Shown here piece after piece: positions 8,534 through 18,741 of a stretch of DNA of 64,000 bases (positions are counted from its first letter, which is position 1; each line of letters opens with the position of its first letter). This DNA is from an uncultured Gemmatimonadales bacterium. Lineage in GTDB: Bacteria; Gemmatimonadota; Gemmatimonadetes; Gemmatimonadales; GWC2-71-9. Position numbers and translations under genes: made by a program. The DNA is taken from contig CAVZZO010000003.1 of assembly GCA_963779755.1 (NCBI GenBank), forward strand, positions 224,001-288,000, read 5' to 3'. A model generated the notes under the pieces. The model saw only the letters and a list, made by a program, of their open reading frames with translations, made no database searches and had not been told where the DNA came from.

Positions 8534-10591
8534 TCACCCCGTCCGGAACAGCTCCACCGCCCGCGGGTACCGCGCCAGCGCCCGCTCGCGCAACGCGCGG
8601 TTGGCGGGTTTGCGTAGCGTGGGATCTTCCTCCAGCAGGGACGAGGCCGCGTCCCGGGCGCGGGTGAGCAGGTCGGCATCGTCGGGCAAACGGGCATGGC
8701 GCAGCTCGAAGGACCCCGCCTGGCGGGCCCCGATCAGGTCGCCCATGCCGCGCTCGGCCAGATCCAGTTCGGCGATACGAAACCCGTCGGTGGTCGCCGC
8801 GAACGACCGCAGCCGGCTGGGGATGTTCTGGTCGGTGAGCAAAATGCACTGGCTCTCCGCTGCCCCCCGGCCGATGCGGCCACGCAACTGGTGCAACTGC
8901 GCCAGACCGAAGCGCTCAGCGTGCTCGATGACCATCACGCTGGCGTTGGGCACGTCGATCCCGACTTCGATCACCGTCGTGGCAACCAGTACCTGCAGAT
9001 CGCCCGAGCGGAAGCGGCGCATGACCGCGTCTCGCTCGTCGTTTCTGAGCCTTCCGTGTACCAGGCCGACCCGGAGATCCGGCCAGCGGCCCTCGAGCGA
9101 TGCGTGGGCCGTGGCAGCCGCCCGCAGATCGCTCTGTTCCGACTCTTCGATCACCGGGAAGACGATGTAGGCCTGCCCGCCCGCCACGCAGGCCTCGTGA
9201 ACGAAGTCCAGCACCTTCTCCCGCTGCCCCCCCCGACGCACCGCGGTCCGCACCGTCCCGCGCCCCGGCGGCCTCTGGCGCAGCGTCGAGACGTCGAGAT
9301 CGCCGTACAGCGTGAGCGCGAGGGAGCGTGGAATAGGGGTAGCCGTGAGCAGCAGAACGTCGGGCGCCTCGCCCTTGCCGATCAGCGCGGCGCGCTGCTC
9401 CACCCCGAAGCGGTGCTGCTCGTCGATGACCACCAGCCCCAGCCGCTGGAACGACACGCTCTCCTGCAACAGCGCGTGGGTGCCCACCACCAGCCGCGCC
9501 GCGCCGGTAGCCACCCGGTGGCGCCGCTCGGCCTTTTCCGACGCGGTGAAGCGCCCCAGCAGCAGCTCCGGCTTCAGTTCCAGCGAGGCCAGCAGCTTCT
9601 CCAGCGTGGCGGCGTGCTGCTCCGCCAGGAGCTCGGTCGGCGCCATCAGCGCGGCCTGACAGTCATTCTCCAGCGCCAGCAGCATGGCAAAGAGCGCCAC
9701 CACCGTCTTGCCGGTTCCCACGTCGCCCATGAGCAGCCGGTGCATCCGCTCGGGCGAGGTCATGTCGGCGGTAATCTCGCGGAGCGCCTTGCGCTGATCA
9801 TCGGTGAGAGCCCAGGGCAGGCCTTCCTTCAGCGCCGTGGTGAGCGTGCGGCGAAGCTGGAAGGCCGTACCCTTCCGCGCCCGCTTGGCCACCGCCCGGG
9901 CGCGCACCAGCATGATCTGCAGGTCCAGCAGTTCGTCGAATGCCAACCGGCGGCGCCCAGCCTCGGCCTCTTCCGTGCTGGCCGGGCGGTGCACCGCCGA
10001 GAGGGCCGCCCGCAATTCCGGAAAGCCCAACTCCTGGCGCCAGGCGGGCGAGAGCGCATCGGTGCACAGGGCGAGGAGCGCATCGAGGTGCTGCATCAGG
10101 ATGGCCCGAATCTGCCGGTGACTGAGGCCTTCCGTGGCCGGGTACACCGGCAGGATCTTGCCGGCCCCGTCGGTGTCTTCATCCGAGAGCACCAGATACT
10201 CGCGGGGGGACATCTGCCGGCCATGGTAGAAACGGATGGGTCCGGTCACCAGCAGCGTCTGTCCCTCCTGGATCGTCCGATCGAGAAACGGCTGGCCGGG
10301 CCAGACACATTCCAGCACTCCGCTGTCGTCGCGCAGCACGGCGCGGAAAATCCGCAGCCCTCGCCGGGTGGGCATGACCCGCTTCGCCACCACGCGGCCG
10401 AGGCAGGAGACCTCGCTTCCGACCGTGGCACGGGCGAGCGGGGTCACGGTGGAAGCGTCGATGTAGCGGCGCGGCAGGTGCCAGAGCAGGTCGCGCGCGG
10501 TGCTGACGCCCAGGCGCGCCAGCGCCTCGGCCCGGCGCGGGCCGATACCCTTCAGGAACTTGACGGGTGTATCGAGCCGCGGTGCCGCCAT
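8534..10591 (-). CDS. recG: ATP-dependent DNA helicase RecG
   Basis: OB wedge domain, GDVGTGKT, DEQHRFG, TATPIPR, QLRGRIGRG and the TRG motif (DL..RG.GD..G..Q). Confidence 0.97.
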   Translation of the reverse strand: MAAPRLDTPVKFLKGIGPRRAEALARLGVSTARDLLWHLPRRYIDASTVTPLARATVGSEVSCLGRVVAKRVMPTRRGLRIFRAVLRDDSGVLECVWPGQPFLDRTIQEGQTLLVTGPIRFYHGRQMSPREYLVLSDEDTDGAGKILPVYPATEGLSHRQIRAILMQHLDALLALCTDALSPAWRQELGFPELRAALSAVHRPASTEEAEAGRRRLAFDELLDLQIMLVRARAVAKRARKGTAFQLRRTLTTALKEGLPWALTDDQRKALREITADMTSPERMHRLLMGDVGTGKTVVALFAMLLALENDCQAALMAPTELLAEQHAATLEKLLASLELKPELLLGRFTASEKAERRHRVATGAARLVVGTHALLQESVSFQRLGLVVIDEQHRFGVEQRAALIGKGEAPDVLLLTATPIPRSLALTLYGDLDVSTLRQRPPGRGTVRTAVRRGGQREKVLDFVHEACVAGGQAYIVFPVIEESEQSDLRAAATAHASLEGRWPDLRVGLVHGRLRNDERDAVMRRFRSGDLQVLVATTVIEVGIDVPNASVMVIEHAERFGLAQLHQLRGRIGRGAAESQCILLTDQNIPSRLRSFAATTDGFRIAELDLAERGMGDLIGARQAGSFELRHARLPDDADLLTRARDAASSLLEEDPTLRKPANRALRERALARYPRAVELFRTG

Positions 10592-10620
10592 GTCATGCCG
10601 GATGATCTGGGGTGCGGAGA

Positions 10621-11544
10621 TCAGGACTGGCCGAGCAGGTTGTCAACATAGGCGGCGGCATTGAAGGGTTCGAGATCGTCCACCCCTTCACCCGTACCGA
10701 TGAAGCGGATCGGCAGCTGCAGCTCCTGCCGCAGGGCGACGACCGCGCCACCCCGCGCCGTGCCGTCCAGCTTGGTCACGACCAACCCGGTTGGCTGCAC
10801 CGCCTGGGTAAAGAGCCTCGCCTGCTGGACGGCGTTCTGCCCCACCGTACCATCCAGTACCAGCAGCGTCTCATGCGGCGCGCCGGGCAGCCGACGAGCG
10901 ATAACGCGCACAACCTTCTTCAGTTCGTCCATGAGGTTGTCCTGCGTGTGCAACCGGCCGGCGGTGTCGATCAGGACCGTATCCACCCTGCGGGCCGCGG
11001 CCGCGTCGATAGCGTCGAACGCGACCGCGGCCGGATCGCCCCCCGGCGCGCCCGCCACACAGGCAATGCCCAGCCGGTCGGCCCAGAGTTCGAGCTGGTG
11101 AATGGCCCCCGCGCGGTACGTATCGGCCGCCGCCAGCAGGGCCGGGCGCTTCTCCCGCCCCAGCCACGCCGCCAGCTTGGCCACGGTCGTCGTCTTGCCG
11201 ACTCCATTCACGCCTACCACCAGCACCACGGTAGGAGGTTGGGGGGCCCGAGCCAGGCCGACCGGATCGTCCGGCCGCTGGAGCAGCGCCACGATCCGCT
11301 CCGCCAGCGCCTCGCGCAGCTGCACGTCGGTCTTGAGCCGGCCGGCACGCACCTCGTTCTCCAGCAGCTCCGTCAGGTCCACGGTGGCGCTCACGCCGAA
11401 GTCGGCCTCGATCAGGGTGCGCTCGATCGCTTCCAGGTCGGAGGCATTGAGCTGCCGCACCAGCGCTCCCACGTCGGTGAGCGCCAGCCGCCTGATCCGG
11501 CTCCAGAGTGAGCGTTTCTGCGTGTCGAGACGACCGAAGGCCAA
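10621..11544 (-). CDS. ftsY: SRP receptor GTPase FtsY (NG domain only)
   Basis: GVNGVGKTTT, DTYRAGA, DTAGR, TKLDGTARGG, G.GE..DDL; TTG start. Confidence 0.96.
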   Translation of the reverse strand: MAFGRLDTQKRSLWSRIRRLALTDVGALVRQLNASDLEAIERTLIEADFGVSATVDLTELLENEVRAGRLKTDVQLREALAERIVALLQRPDDPVGLARAPQPPTVVLVVGVNGVGKTTTVAKLAAWLGREKRPALLAAADTYRAGAIHQLELWADRLGIACVAGAPGGDPAAVAFDAIDAAAARRVDTVLIDTAGRLHTQDNLMDELKKVVRVIARRLPGAPHETLLVLDGTVGQNAVQQARLFTQAVQPTGLVVTKLDGTARGGAVVALRQELQLPIRFIGTGEGVDDLEPFNAAAYVDNLLGQS

Positions 11545-11600
11545 GGGTTTCCCTTTATGAGTTACCTGAGATGTAAGCTGCTAAGTGACCGACCAGCAAT

Positions 11601-11678
11601 GTAATAGGTAAGTCGTAGGAGGTAAGGCGTGACGCGCGATCGGCGGTCACACCTTACGCCTCACGCCTCACCTCTTAC
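11601..11678. repeat. Imperfect palindrome built from heptamer tandem repeats (STRR/REP-like)
   Basis: gtaatag-gtaagtc-gtaggag-gtaaggc-gtgac, a 12-nt loop, then gtcac-accttac-gcctcac-gcctcac-ctcttac. Confidence 0.65.
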
Positions 11679-11684
11679 CGCCGC

Positions 11685-13490
11685 TCATCGCAGTCCCAGC
11701 CTTCGCCGCGCCACCCACTCCCCACAGAAAGCCGCCACGCAGACCCCGAACAGCCATAACCGGCTCCGCAGCGGTTCGCCCCCATTCACCGGAGAGAGGG
11801 TGGCGGGCTCGGACTGAACCGTCCGATCGTGCGGCAGATACTCCTCCGACCAGCTGTCTACCGCCACCGTACCATTCCCCCCGCCCTCCAGGCGGTAATT
11901 GTAGATGCCCGCCGGCAACCAGGCCTCGCCCCGGCCGGCGCCGTCGAAGTGGAGCGTGTCCTGCCGTACGCCACCGGGTCCGTCCCAGGCGACCGGGAGT
12001 GCTGTCGCCGGACCTGGACCATTCCACTGGAACACCACCGGACGGCGGGCCGCCACCACCGGCCGCACCGGCTGGGCCTGTCCGGCCACGGTATCCCGTC
12101 CTCCCAGAAGCCAGGTGACTGCGGCCGACACGAGCGAGCGGTATCCCTGCTCGCTGGCGCCGCCGCGAAAGTCCCAGCGATAGAAGCCGTCGGCCAGCAA
12201 CAGGATCTCCCGGCGGCCGCCGCGGTCGGCGCCGAGCAGCACGGGCCGCTGGGCGCCGCGGCGTCCCTCCTGGGCCGAGAGTCCGATCCACTGCTCGTCC
12301 CTCGGCGTCACCGGAATGATCTGGCTGAGCGGAGGAAAGGAATCGACCGGGAGCCCGGCCAGGGCACCCGCCAGGGGCGAGCCCGGCACCGACACATACC
12401 AGTCGCCCGGGACTGCGCTCCCCTGCCCGGCCTGATCGCGCCACTCCAGGACGCCGCGCGCGCGGGAATTCCGGGCCAGCGCCGTCTCTCCCTTCAGCAC
12501 CAGCAGGTCCGCGCCGCGGACGGCGCGCTCTACCTCGGCGCGTGAGACCGGGGAAAGATCGCGCATGGAGCGCCAGCGATCGGGCTGAAGCTGGACGTAC
12601 CCGCGCACCGGCAGCCGGGCCACGTCTTCCAGCGCCCGGTAGAGAAAGCGGCTGTCCCAGTCGGGGGGGTTGGCCACCAGCACCACGCCCGGGGTGGCCG
12701 TCACGTTCAGACGGAAGAGCCGGGCATCGTCGCGGGGCTCCCGATCGCCGGCCTGGAGGGCGACCTCGAGCATGTGCGTTCCGGCGTGAAGTGCCGAAGC
12801 CGGCACCGTGAGCGACACCTCGCTGCTGCTTCGGGGCTCCAGGCTGACGTTCCGCCGGGTCAGCACCCGTTCACCTTCACGCACCACCAGGGGCACCTCG
12901 CGCGACGCGCTGTCGCCGTAGGCGCGGAGCCGCACCGTCAATCGCGCGGAGTCGCCCGCGACGATGCGCCCCGGCCCGTCCACCAGCAGCACGGCGAGAT
13001 CGGGGCCGGAGGGCCGAGGCAGCACCCGGATAGTTGCCCGGTGCAGGAGATCGGGCGGCAGATCGGCGGCATCCTGGATTTCGCCGTCGGTCACCACCAC
13101 CACCGGGCGCTCGCCGGCCGCGGCCGAGCGCAGGGCCGCCACCAGGCGTGACGTCCCGAAGAGGGGTGCGCTGTCGGCGGGCGCCGCCGGGTCGCCGAAC
13201 CGCCGGACTTCGCCCAACCGGCTAGCGGTGTCGCGCGCGGCCCGCCAATGAGCCGAGTCGGCGGTCATGCTGAGGCTGGCATCCAGGAGCACCAGGGGAC
13301 GCCCGCCGGCCCGCCGCGCACCGCAGCTCAAATCGGCCAGGAGCAGCCCCAGGGTGAACCAGGCCACGACCCGCAGAACGAAGGGGATACCGAGCCGGCC
13401 CAGGCGGGCGCCTTCCGGCGCAGATTCCAGCCGATAGTAGGTGAAACCGCTCAGGGCCAGAGCGCCCAGCAGGAGCAACGCCGTGATCAT
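11685..13490 (-). CDS. Membrane-anchored vWA-like (MIDAS) protein with Ig-like and GATase-like regions
   Basis: ATG 13490; two N-terminal TMs, LLDASLSM (DxSxS) and VVTDGE, C-terminal TM ending EW..RRR.GL. Confidence 0.65.
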   Translation of the reverse strand: MITALLLLGALALSGFTYYRLESAPEGARLGRLGIPFVLRVVAWFTLGLLLADLSCGARRAGGRPLVLLDASLSMTADSAHWRAARDTASRLGEVRRFGDPAAPADSAPLFGTSRLVAALRSAAAGERPVVVVTDGEIQDAADLPPDLLHRATIRVLPRPSGPDLAVLLVDGPGRIVAGDSARLTVRLRAYGDSASREVPLVVREGERVLTRRNVSLEPRSSSEVSLTVPASALHAGTHMLEVALQAGDREPRDDARLFRLNVTATPGVVLVANPPDWDSRFLYRALEDVARLPVRGYVQLQPDRWRSMRDLSPVSRAEVERAVRGADLLVLKGETALARNSRARGVLEWRDQAGQGSAVPGDWYVSVPGSPLAGALAGLPVDSFPPLSQIIPVTPRDEQWIGLSAQEGRRGAQRPVLLGADRGGRREILLLADGFYRWDFRGGASEQGYRSLVSAAVTWLLGGRDTVAGQAQPVRPVVAARRPVVFQWNGPGPATALPVAWDGPGGVRQDTLHFDGAGRGEAWLPAGIYNYRLEGGGNGTVAVDSWSEEYLPHDRTVQSEPATLSPVNGGEPLRSRLWLFGVCVAAFCGEWVARRRLGLR

Positions 13491-13497
13491 CCCGCCA

Positions 13498-14220
13498 TCA
13501 GACCCGCGGCACGCGAGCGAGCGCCTGCGGAAGGGTGAAGCGGTTCTCGTACAGGGCCCGGCCCAGCACCGCGCCGGCCAGGTTGGCGGCGGCCAGCTGA
13601 TCGAGGTCCTCCAGGCAGGCCACACCGCCGCTGGCGATCACGCCGGCGCCGAAGCCCTGCAGGGACCGGGCACCTTCGACGTCGGGCCCGCGCAGCGTAC
13701 CGTCCCGGCTGATGTCGGTATAGATCACAGTGCGTACTCCCTGCTTCGCGACCCGGCCGGCGATTTCGTCTGCCCGGCTGGGGCTGAGTTCCGTCCAGCC
13801 CCGCAGCGCGAGAAATCCGTTACGGCAATCCAGGCCCACGGCGACCCGGTGCGAGCCGCCCAGTTCCAGCGCCACATCGACCAGCTCCGGTCTGGTCACT
13901 GCGACCGTTCCCAGTACGATGCGGGCGACTTCCAGTTGCAGCGTGCGCGCAATCTGCGCATGCGAGCGCAGGCCCCCGCCAAACTGGATTTGCACGTAGG
14001 AGCCCACCCGGGTGATGATCCGGTCCACCACGGCGCCGTTGTCGCCGTCACCGAACGCGCGGTCGAGATCCACGAGGTGGATCCAGCGCGCGCCCTGCCA
14101 GACGAACCGCTCGGCCAGCGCCGCTGGATCGTGGTTGTAGATGGTGGAAGACGCCGGGTCGCCCCGGGTCAACCGGACCACCTTACCGTTCCGGATGTGA
14201 ATCGCAGGGAGTAGTTCCAA
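13498..14220 (-). CDS. hisA: HisA/PriA-family ProFAR isomerase-like protein (first catalytic Asp replaced by His)
   Basis: LPAIHIRNGKVVRL, HLVDLD.A, QFGGGLR, YTDISRDGTL.GPD, IASGG, G.ALY; probable TTG start at 14220 (GTG 14226 also possible). Confidence 0.85.
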   Translation of the reverse strand: MELLPAIHIRNGKVVRLTRGDPASSTIYNHDPAALAERFVWQGARWIHLVDLDRAFGDGDNGAVVDRIITRVGSYVQIQFGGGLRSHAQIARTLQLEVARIVLGTVAVTRPELVDVALELGGSHRVAVGLDCRNGFLALRGWTELSPSRADEIAGRVAKQGVRTVIYTDISRDGTLRGPDVEGARSLQGFGAGVIASGGVACLEDLDQLAAANLAGAVLGRALYENRFTLPQALARVPRV

Positions 14221-14297
14221 CAGCACCTCGGCCGGCCGGGGAGTCGTCAGGAAACCTAGCGGCCGATCTGCCGGCCGACCACTCGCACCAGAACGCA

Positions 14298-14328
14298 ACG
14301 AGCCGGCGGCCTCGGGCCACCGGCTCGT
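14298..14328 (-). terminator. Hairpin downstream of the M23 peptidase gene (possible terminator)
   Basis: acgagccgg cggcc tcg ggcca ccggctcgt inverted repeat; weak U-tract. Confidence 0.45.
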
Positions 14329-14346
14329 GCTCCAGGGCGGGGCGGA

Positions 14347-15600
14347 CTACTTCTGGGCGACCGGCCCGGCGACCATCGTGGGCCGCGGGGGATAGAGCAA
14401 GGCGGCCAGCCGATCGCGCTCCCGTTCGAAGGCTTCCCGTTCCGAGCCGGGAATGGGCGTTCCGTTGCCGGGATCGATGTGCCGGGGATCGCGCGGGACG
14501 CCGTTCACCCGGAATTCGTAATGCAGATGCGGCGCCGTGGCCAGGCCCGTCATCCCCACGTAGCCGATGATCTGGCCCTGGCTCACCCGCACACCGGGAT
14601 GAATGCCGGCCGCAAACCGGCTCAGATGGCCGTAGCGGGTGGTGATGCCGTTGGCGTGCCGCAGCTCTATCAGGTTCCCGTAGCCGCCGGCCCGGCCGGC
14701 GCGCAGCACCGTGCCGTTGCCCGACGCCATCACCGGAGTGCCCGCCGCCGCGGCGTAGTCGGTCCCCTGGTGCGCCCGCCAGCGCTGGAGAATCGGATGG
14801 TAGCGCGAGAGCGAAAAGCTGGACGAGATCCGGCGGAACTGGAGCGGCGCGCGCAGGAAGGCCCGCCGCAGCGATTCGCCCTTGCCGTCATAGAACCCGG
14901 CCTTGCCGTGCGAGTCGGTGAAGCGGAACGCCGGCAGGTCGTGGCCGCCCACTCGCAGGTCGGCGGCGAGGATCTTGCCGAAGCGCACCTCGCCATCTTC
15001 CGATACCTCCCGCTCGACCAGCACGTTGAAATGGTCGCCGGGCCGGATATCGCGGCTGAAGTCCACCTGCCACATGTAGGTATCCGCCAGATCCCAGGCG
15101 AGCCGGATGCGCTCCTCTCCGGGGAGCACCCGGTCGGACACCTGGTCGTCCAGCGCGACGTAGAGCGACTGGTCGATGTCGCCGTCGACCCGCACTACCT
15201 CCGGCGACCAGGGAATCGCCTCCGACTGCGCATCCCAGCCGTCGTCGACCCGCTGGAGAAATACCCGGGTATCGGCGTCGGCCCGGAAGCGGACGCGGGA
15301 GGGCTCGGAATCGGCCATCGACTGGCGGAAGTTGAACACCAGCCCGGGCCGGATGCGGCGCGGATCGAGCAGCTTGGCCGTGGTCAGGGCGCTGATGGCC
15401 ACCGGGCTCACGCCATGGCGGGCGAAGAGATCGGACAGGGTTTCGCCCCGGTGCAGCGTGTCGGCCGACTCCATCCAGGCCTGGGTGACCTCGATGGGCG
15501 CGGCCACTTCCAGCCGGTGCCAGGGCCAGGCGCCCTTGAGCGCGAAGGCCCCGGCGGCCAGCACGATGAGCAACGGAACGACGGCGAGCAGGCGGCGCAT
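14347..15600 (-). CDS. M23 family peptidoglycan endopeptidase (MepM-like)
   Basis: N-terminal TM, LysM-like segment, HQGTD (HxxxD), YGHLS, HLHYE; directly after ftsZ. Confidence 0.92.
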   Translation of the reverse strand: MRRLLAVVPLLIVLAAGAFALKGAWPWHRLEVAAPIEVTQAWMESADTLHRGETLSDLFARHGVSPVAISALTTAKLLDPRRIRPGLVFNFRQSMADSEPSRVRFRADADTRVFLQRVDDGWDAQSEAIPWSPEVVRVDGDIDQSLYVALDDQVSDRVLPGEERIRLAWDLADTYMWQVDFSRDIRPGDHFNVLVEREVSEDGEVRFGKILAADLRVGGHDLPAFRFTDSHGKAGFYDGKGESLRRAFLRAPLQFRRISSSFSLSRYHPILQRWRAHQGTDYAAAAGTPVMASGNGTVLRAGRAGGYGNLIELRHANGITTRYGHLSRFAAGIHPGVRVSQGQIIGYVGMTGLATAPHLHYEFRVNGVPRDPRHIDPGNGTPIPGSEREAFERERDRLAALLYPPRPTMVAGPVAQK

Positions 15601-15603
15601 GGG

Positions 15604-16773
15604 TCAGTCCATCTGCCGGCGGATGAACGTGGGGATTTCCATATCCGGCACCTCGGGCTGCCCCGGCTGCCCCTGCGGCGGCGGCGACCGGCGCGGCTCG
15701 GGACGGGGCGGCGGCGCCGGCTGGCCCGCCGCGGGGGTGGCGCTGCGCCGGCCGGGGAAGTTGAGCACCCCCGCCGGGGGCGCGCCGGGTTTCACCCCCG
15801 GGTCGCCGGTGATGGCGCGGTCGAATCCGGTGGCGATGACCGTCACGCGGATTTCGCCCTGCATGGCCGCGTCGGTGGCCGCGCCGAAGATGATCTCGGC
15901 ATCGTCGCCGGCCGCGTCGTGGATGATCTCGCTGATCTGGGTGGTCTCGCCCAGAGTCAGATCTTCGCCGCCCACGATGTTGATCAGCACCCCGGTGGCG
16001 CCGGAAATCGAGACATTGTCCAGCAGCGGGCTGGAGATGGCCTGCTGCGCCGCCTCCATGGAGCGGTTCTCCCCCCGGCCGATGCCGGTCCCCATCAGGG
16101 CCGCGCCGCCGTTCTGCATGATGGTGCGCACGTCGGCAAAGTCGACATTGATGATGCCGGTGCGGGTGATCAGGCTGGCGATGCCCTGGGTGGCCTGCAG
16201 CAGGACTTCGTCGGCCTTCTTGAGGGCGTCCTGGAAGGGGATGCCCTTCCCCACCACCGCCAGCAGGCGCTCGTTGGGCACGACGATCATCGTGTCCACG
16301 TTCTTGCGCATTTCCGAGATGCCCATGTCGGCCTGGCGCATCCGTTTGCGGCCTTCGAACAGGAACGGCTTGGTGACGATGCCCACCGTCAGGGCGCCCG
16401 CGTCCCGGGCCATCTCGGCCACGATGGGCGCGGCCCCCGTGCCGGTGCCGCCCCCCATGCCGCAGGTCACGAAGACCAGGTCGGCTCCCTGAACTACGTG
16501 CTGGACCTCGTCCCGGTTTTCCTCGACCGCCTGGCGGCCGATCTCGGGACGGGCGCCCGCGCCCAGCCCCCGGGTCAGCTTCCGTCCGATCTGGATCTTG
16601 ATGTCGGACTTGGAATTCGACAGCGCCTGGGAGTCGGTGTTCACCGAAATGAACTCCACGCCCTGCAGCTGTTCGTCGATCATGCGGTTGACGGCGTTCC
16701 CGCCGCCCCCGCCGATGCCGACGACCTTCATCCGCGCGTTCTGCGCCGTGGTCTCTTCGAGCTCGAAGATCAT
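15604..16773 (-). CDS. ftsZ: Cell division protein FtsZ
   Basis: [15 protein letters not shown] tubulin motif, NVDFAD, C-terminal peptide [11 protein letters not shown]. Confidence 0.99.
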   Translation of the reverse strand: MIFELEETTAQNARMKVVGIGGGGGNAVNRMIDEQLQGVEFISVNTDSQALSNSKSDIKIQIGRKLTRGLGAGARPEIGRQAVEENRDEVQHVVQGADLVFVTCGMGGGTGTGAAPIVAEMARDAGALTVGIVTKPFLFEGRKRMRQADMGISEMRKNVDTMIVVPNERLLAVVGKGIPFQDALKKADEVLLQATQGIASLITRTGIINVDFADVRTIMQNGGAALMGTGIGRGENRSMEAAQQAISSPLLDNVSISGATGVLINIVGGEDLTLGETTQISEIIHDAAGDDAEIIFGAATDAAMQGEIRVTVIATGFDRAITGDPGVKPGAPPAGVLNFPGRRSATPAAGQPAPPPRPEPRRSPPPQGQPGQPEVPDMEIPTFIRRQMD

Positions 16774-16795
16774 GGAAGCACCCCGTGCGTCCCTG

Positions 16796-18052
16796 TCAGA
16801 AGAAATCCTGCAGCCACCGTTTCACCGGCCCGAGCACCTTTTCCACGGATTGGGAGCGGCGGGCCCCTGTGCCGAACCCGCCGCTCAATACCACCTGGCG
16901 CGACCCGTAGATCGCGAGGCCCGCCGCTACCGCCATTCGCGGCGATTCCACGCTGTCCGCCAGCCCCCCCAGATCCTGACCCGGCACGCCGACCCGCACC
17001 GGCATGGCAAAGACTTCTCGCGCCAGCTCCACGATGCCCGGGGTCTGCGCCCCGCCGCCCGTGAGAATAATGCCGGCCGGCAGCCGCTGGTGATACCCGG
17101 CGCGGGTGACTTCCTCGCGCGCGTACTCCAGCACTTCCTGCATGCGGGCGTGCATGATATGCGCCAGCACCCGCCGCTCCGCCGTACGCTTTCCCTGCCC
17201 CGGCGTACTGGGCAGGCCGATGGTCTCGCCGTCGGGCACCAGCGGCTCGAACGCGGCCCCGTGCCGCTCCTTCAGCCGTTCCGCATCCTGCTGCGTCACC
17301 TGCAGGCCGTGGACGATGTCGCCCGTCACGTGGCCGCCGGCGCAGAGCAGCGACGCCGCGTGGCGGATCTTGCCGATATGGAAGATGGCCACGTTGGTGG
17401 ATCCGCCGCCCAGCTCGACCAGCGCACACCCCAACTCCGCTTCGTCGCGCGTCAGCACCGCCAGCGATGCCGCCAGCGGTTCCAGCACGAATTCGGCGAC
17501 ATGGAACCCGGCCCGCTCCACGCTCCGCTTGAGGTTCTGCAGCACGCTGGACAGCACCGTGACCAGGTACACCTCGGCTTCCAGCCGCGAGCCGGTCATG
17601 CCGATGGGCTCGGTGATGCCCGGCTGCTGGTCAATAATGTAGTCCTGCGGGATCGCATGCAGGAGCTCATGGTCCTTGCCGAACGACACGTTGCTGGCCA
17701 TGTCGTTCACCCGGGCCACATCCCCGGTGCGGATTTCGTCGCCGGTGACCGACACCATGCCGTGCGAGCTGCGCCCCGCCACGTGCTCGCCCGCGATGCC
17801 GCAGTAGAGCGATCCCACCTCCACCCCGGCCATCCGCTGGGCGTCCTTCATGGCCTTGGCGATGGCGCGCGTGGTTTCTTCGATGTCGCGCACCACCCCC
17901 CGGCGGATGCCACTGGTCCGCTCGATCCCTACCCCCAGAATCCGGGTGGACGAGAGGGTCCGGCCATCGACCATGGCCTCGGCAACCACGGCGGCCACCC
18001 GGGTGCTGCCCAGATCCAGCGCGGCGACCAGCCGCTGCGGCTGCGCGCTCAC
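16796..18052 (-). CDS. ftsA: Cell division protein FtsA
   Basis: LDLGST actin-like motif, ELGGGST, LTGGGA, C-terminal amphipathic [11 protein letters not shown] start overlapping the ftsQ stop. Confidence 0.97.
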   Translation of the reverse strand: MSAQPQRLVAALDLGSTRVAAVVAEAMVDGRTLSSTRILGVGIERTSGIRRGVVRDIEETTRAIAKAMKDAQRMAGVEVGSLYCGIAGEHVAGRSSHGMVSVTGDEIRTGDVARVNDMASNVSFGKDHELLHAIPQDYIIDQQPGITEPIGMTGSRLEAEVYLVTVLSSVLQNLKRSVERAGFHVAEFVLEPLAASLAVLTRDEAELGCALVELGGGSTNVAIFHIGKIRHAASLLCAGGHVTGDIVHGLQVTQQDAERLKERHGAAFEPLVPDGETIGLPSTPGQGKRTAERRVLAHIMHARMQEVLEYAREEVTRAGYHQRLPAGIILTGGGAQTPGIVELAREVFAMPVRVGVPGQDLGGLADSVESPRMAVAAGLAIYGSRQVVLSGGFGTGARRSQSVEKVLGPVKRWLQDFF

Positions 18053-18741
18053 GCACCCCCCTGCCGCACGACGACCTGCAGGGTATACCGGCCGTCGAGC
18101 TCGCTCCACGCGCGGCCCTGCCGCGCCAGGTCTTCCGCCACCGCCATCACCGCGTCGATTGCCTCCGCCGTTGCATCCGCCCGCAACCAGACCCGCTTGC
18201 CCTCAACCGCCAGCAAAACGTCCTGTCCCGACCGGCTCGCCGTGGAGATCCGGCCGAAGAGGCCCGGGTCGACCTGCCGGATACGATCCAGCAGCGCCGC
18301 CGCCGCCGAATCGGGCCGGCTCACCACCGGCAGATCGGGCGTCGCAGCCGCCGGATCGTAGGCCAGCGTCCGGCCCTGCCCGTCCACCAGCAGCATCCCC
18401 CGTTTCCCCGGCGCCAGCGCCACGGGGCTCAGCTCGGTGATCGTCACCCGCAACGTCCCCGGCAGCCGCCGGCCCACCCGGGCGTCGAGCACGCCGGGGA
18501 TCGAGTCGAGCCGCGCCGCCAGCCCGCGCGGCCGGTCGAACACGCTGGCCCCGGCCGGCAGGTGGACGGCGGGGAGCAACTGCGCCGGCGTCAGGTAGCG
18601 CAGCCCCACGAACTCCACCCGGCGGACCCGGAAAAACGCCAGTCCGCGCAACAGCCGCGGCAGACCGAACCAGCCGGAGAGCACCAGCAGCAGGCCCCCC
18701 AGAATGAGCCAGCCGGGCCTGGTCAGGCGGCGCGCAACCAT
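18049..18741 (-). CDS. ftsQ: Cell division protein FtsQ/DivIB (POTRA)
   Basis: ATG 18741; one TM, FRVRRVEFVG..YL, V.RRLPGTL.V.I.E, C-terminal LDGRY; lies between murC and ftsA. Confidence 0.88.
   Translation of the reverse strand: MVARRLTRPGWLILGGLLLVLSGWFGLPRLLRGLAFFRVRRVEFVGLRYLTPAQLLPAVHLPAGASVFDRPRGLAARLDSIPGVLDARVGRRLPGTLRVTITELSPVALAPGKRGMLLVDGQGRTLAYDPAAATPDLPVVSRPDSAAAALLDRIRQVDPGLFGRISTASRSGQDVLLAVEGKRVWLRADATAEAIDAVMAVAEDLARQGRAWSELDGRYTLQVVVRQGGA

Noticed and set aside
10621..11544. FtsY lacking the acidic N-terminal A domain
   Set aside because: NG-only FtsY is common in bacteria and not unusual.
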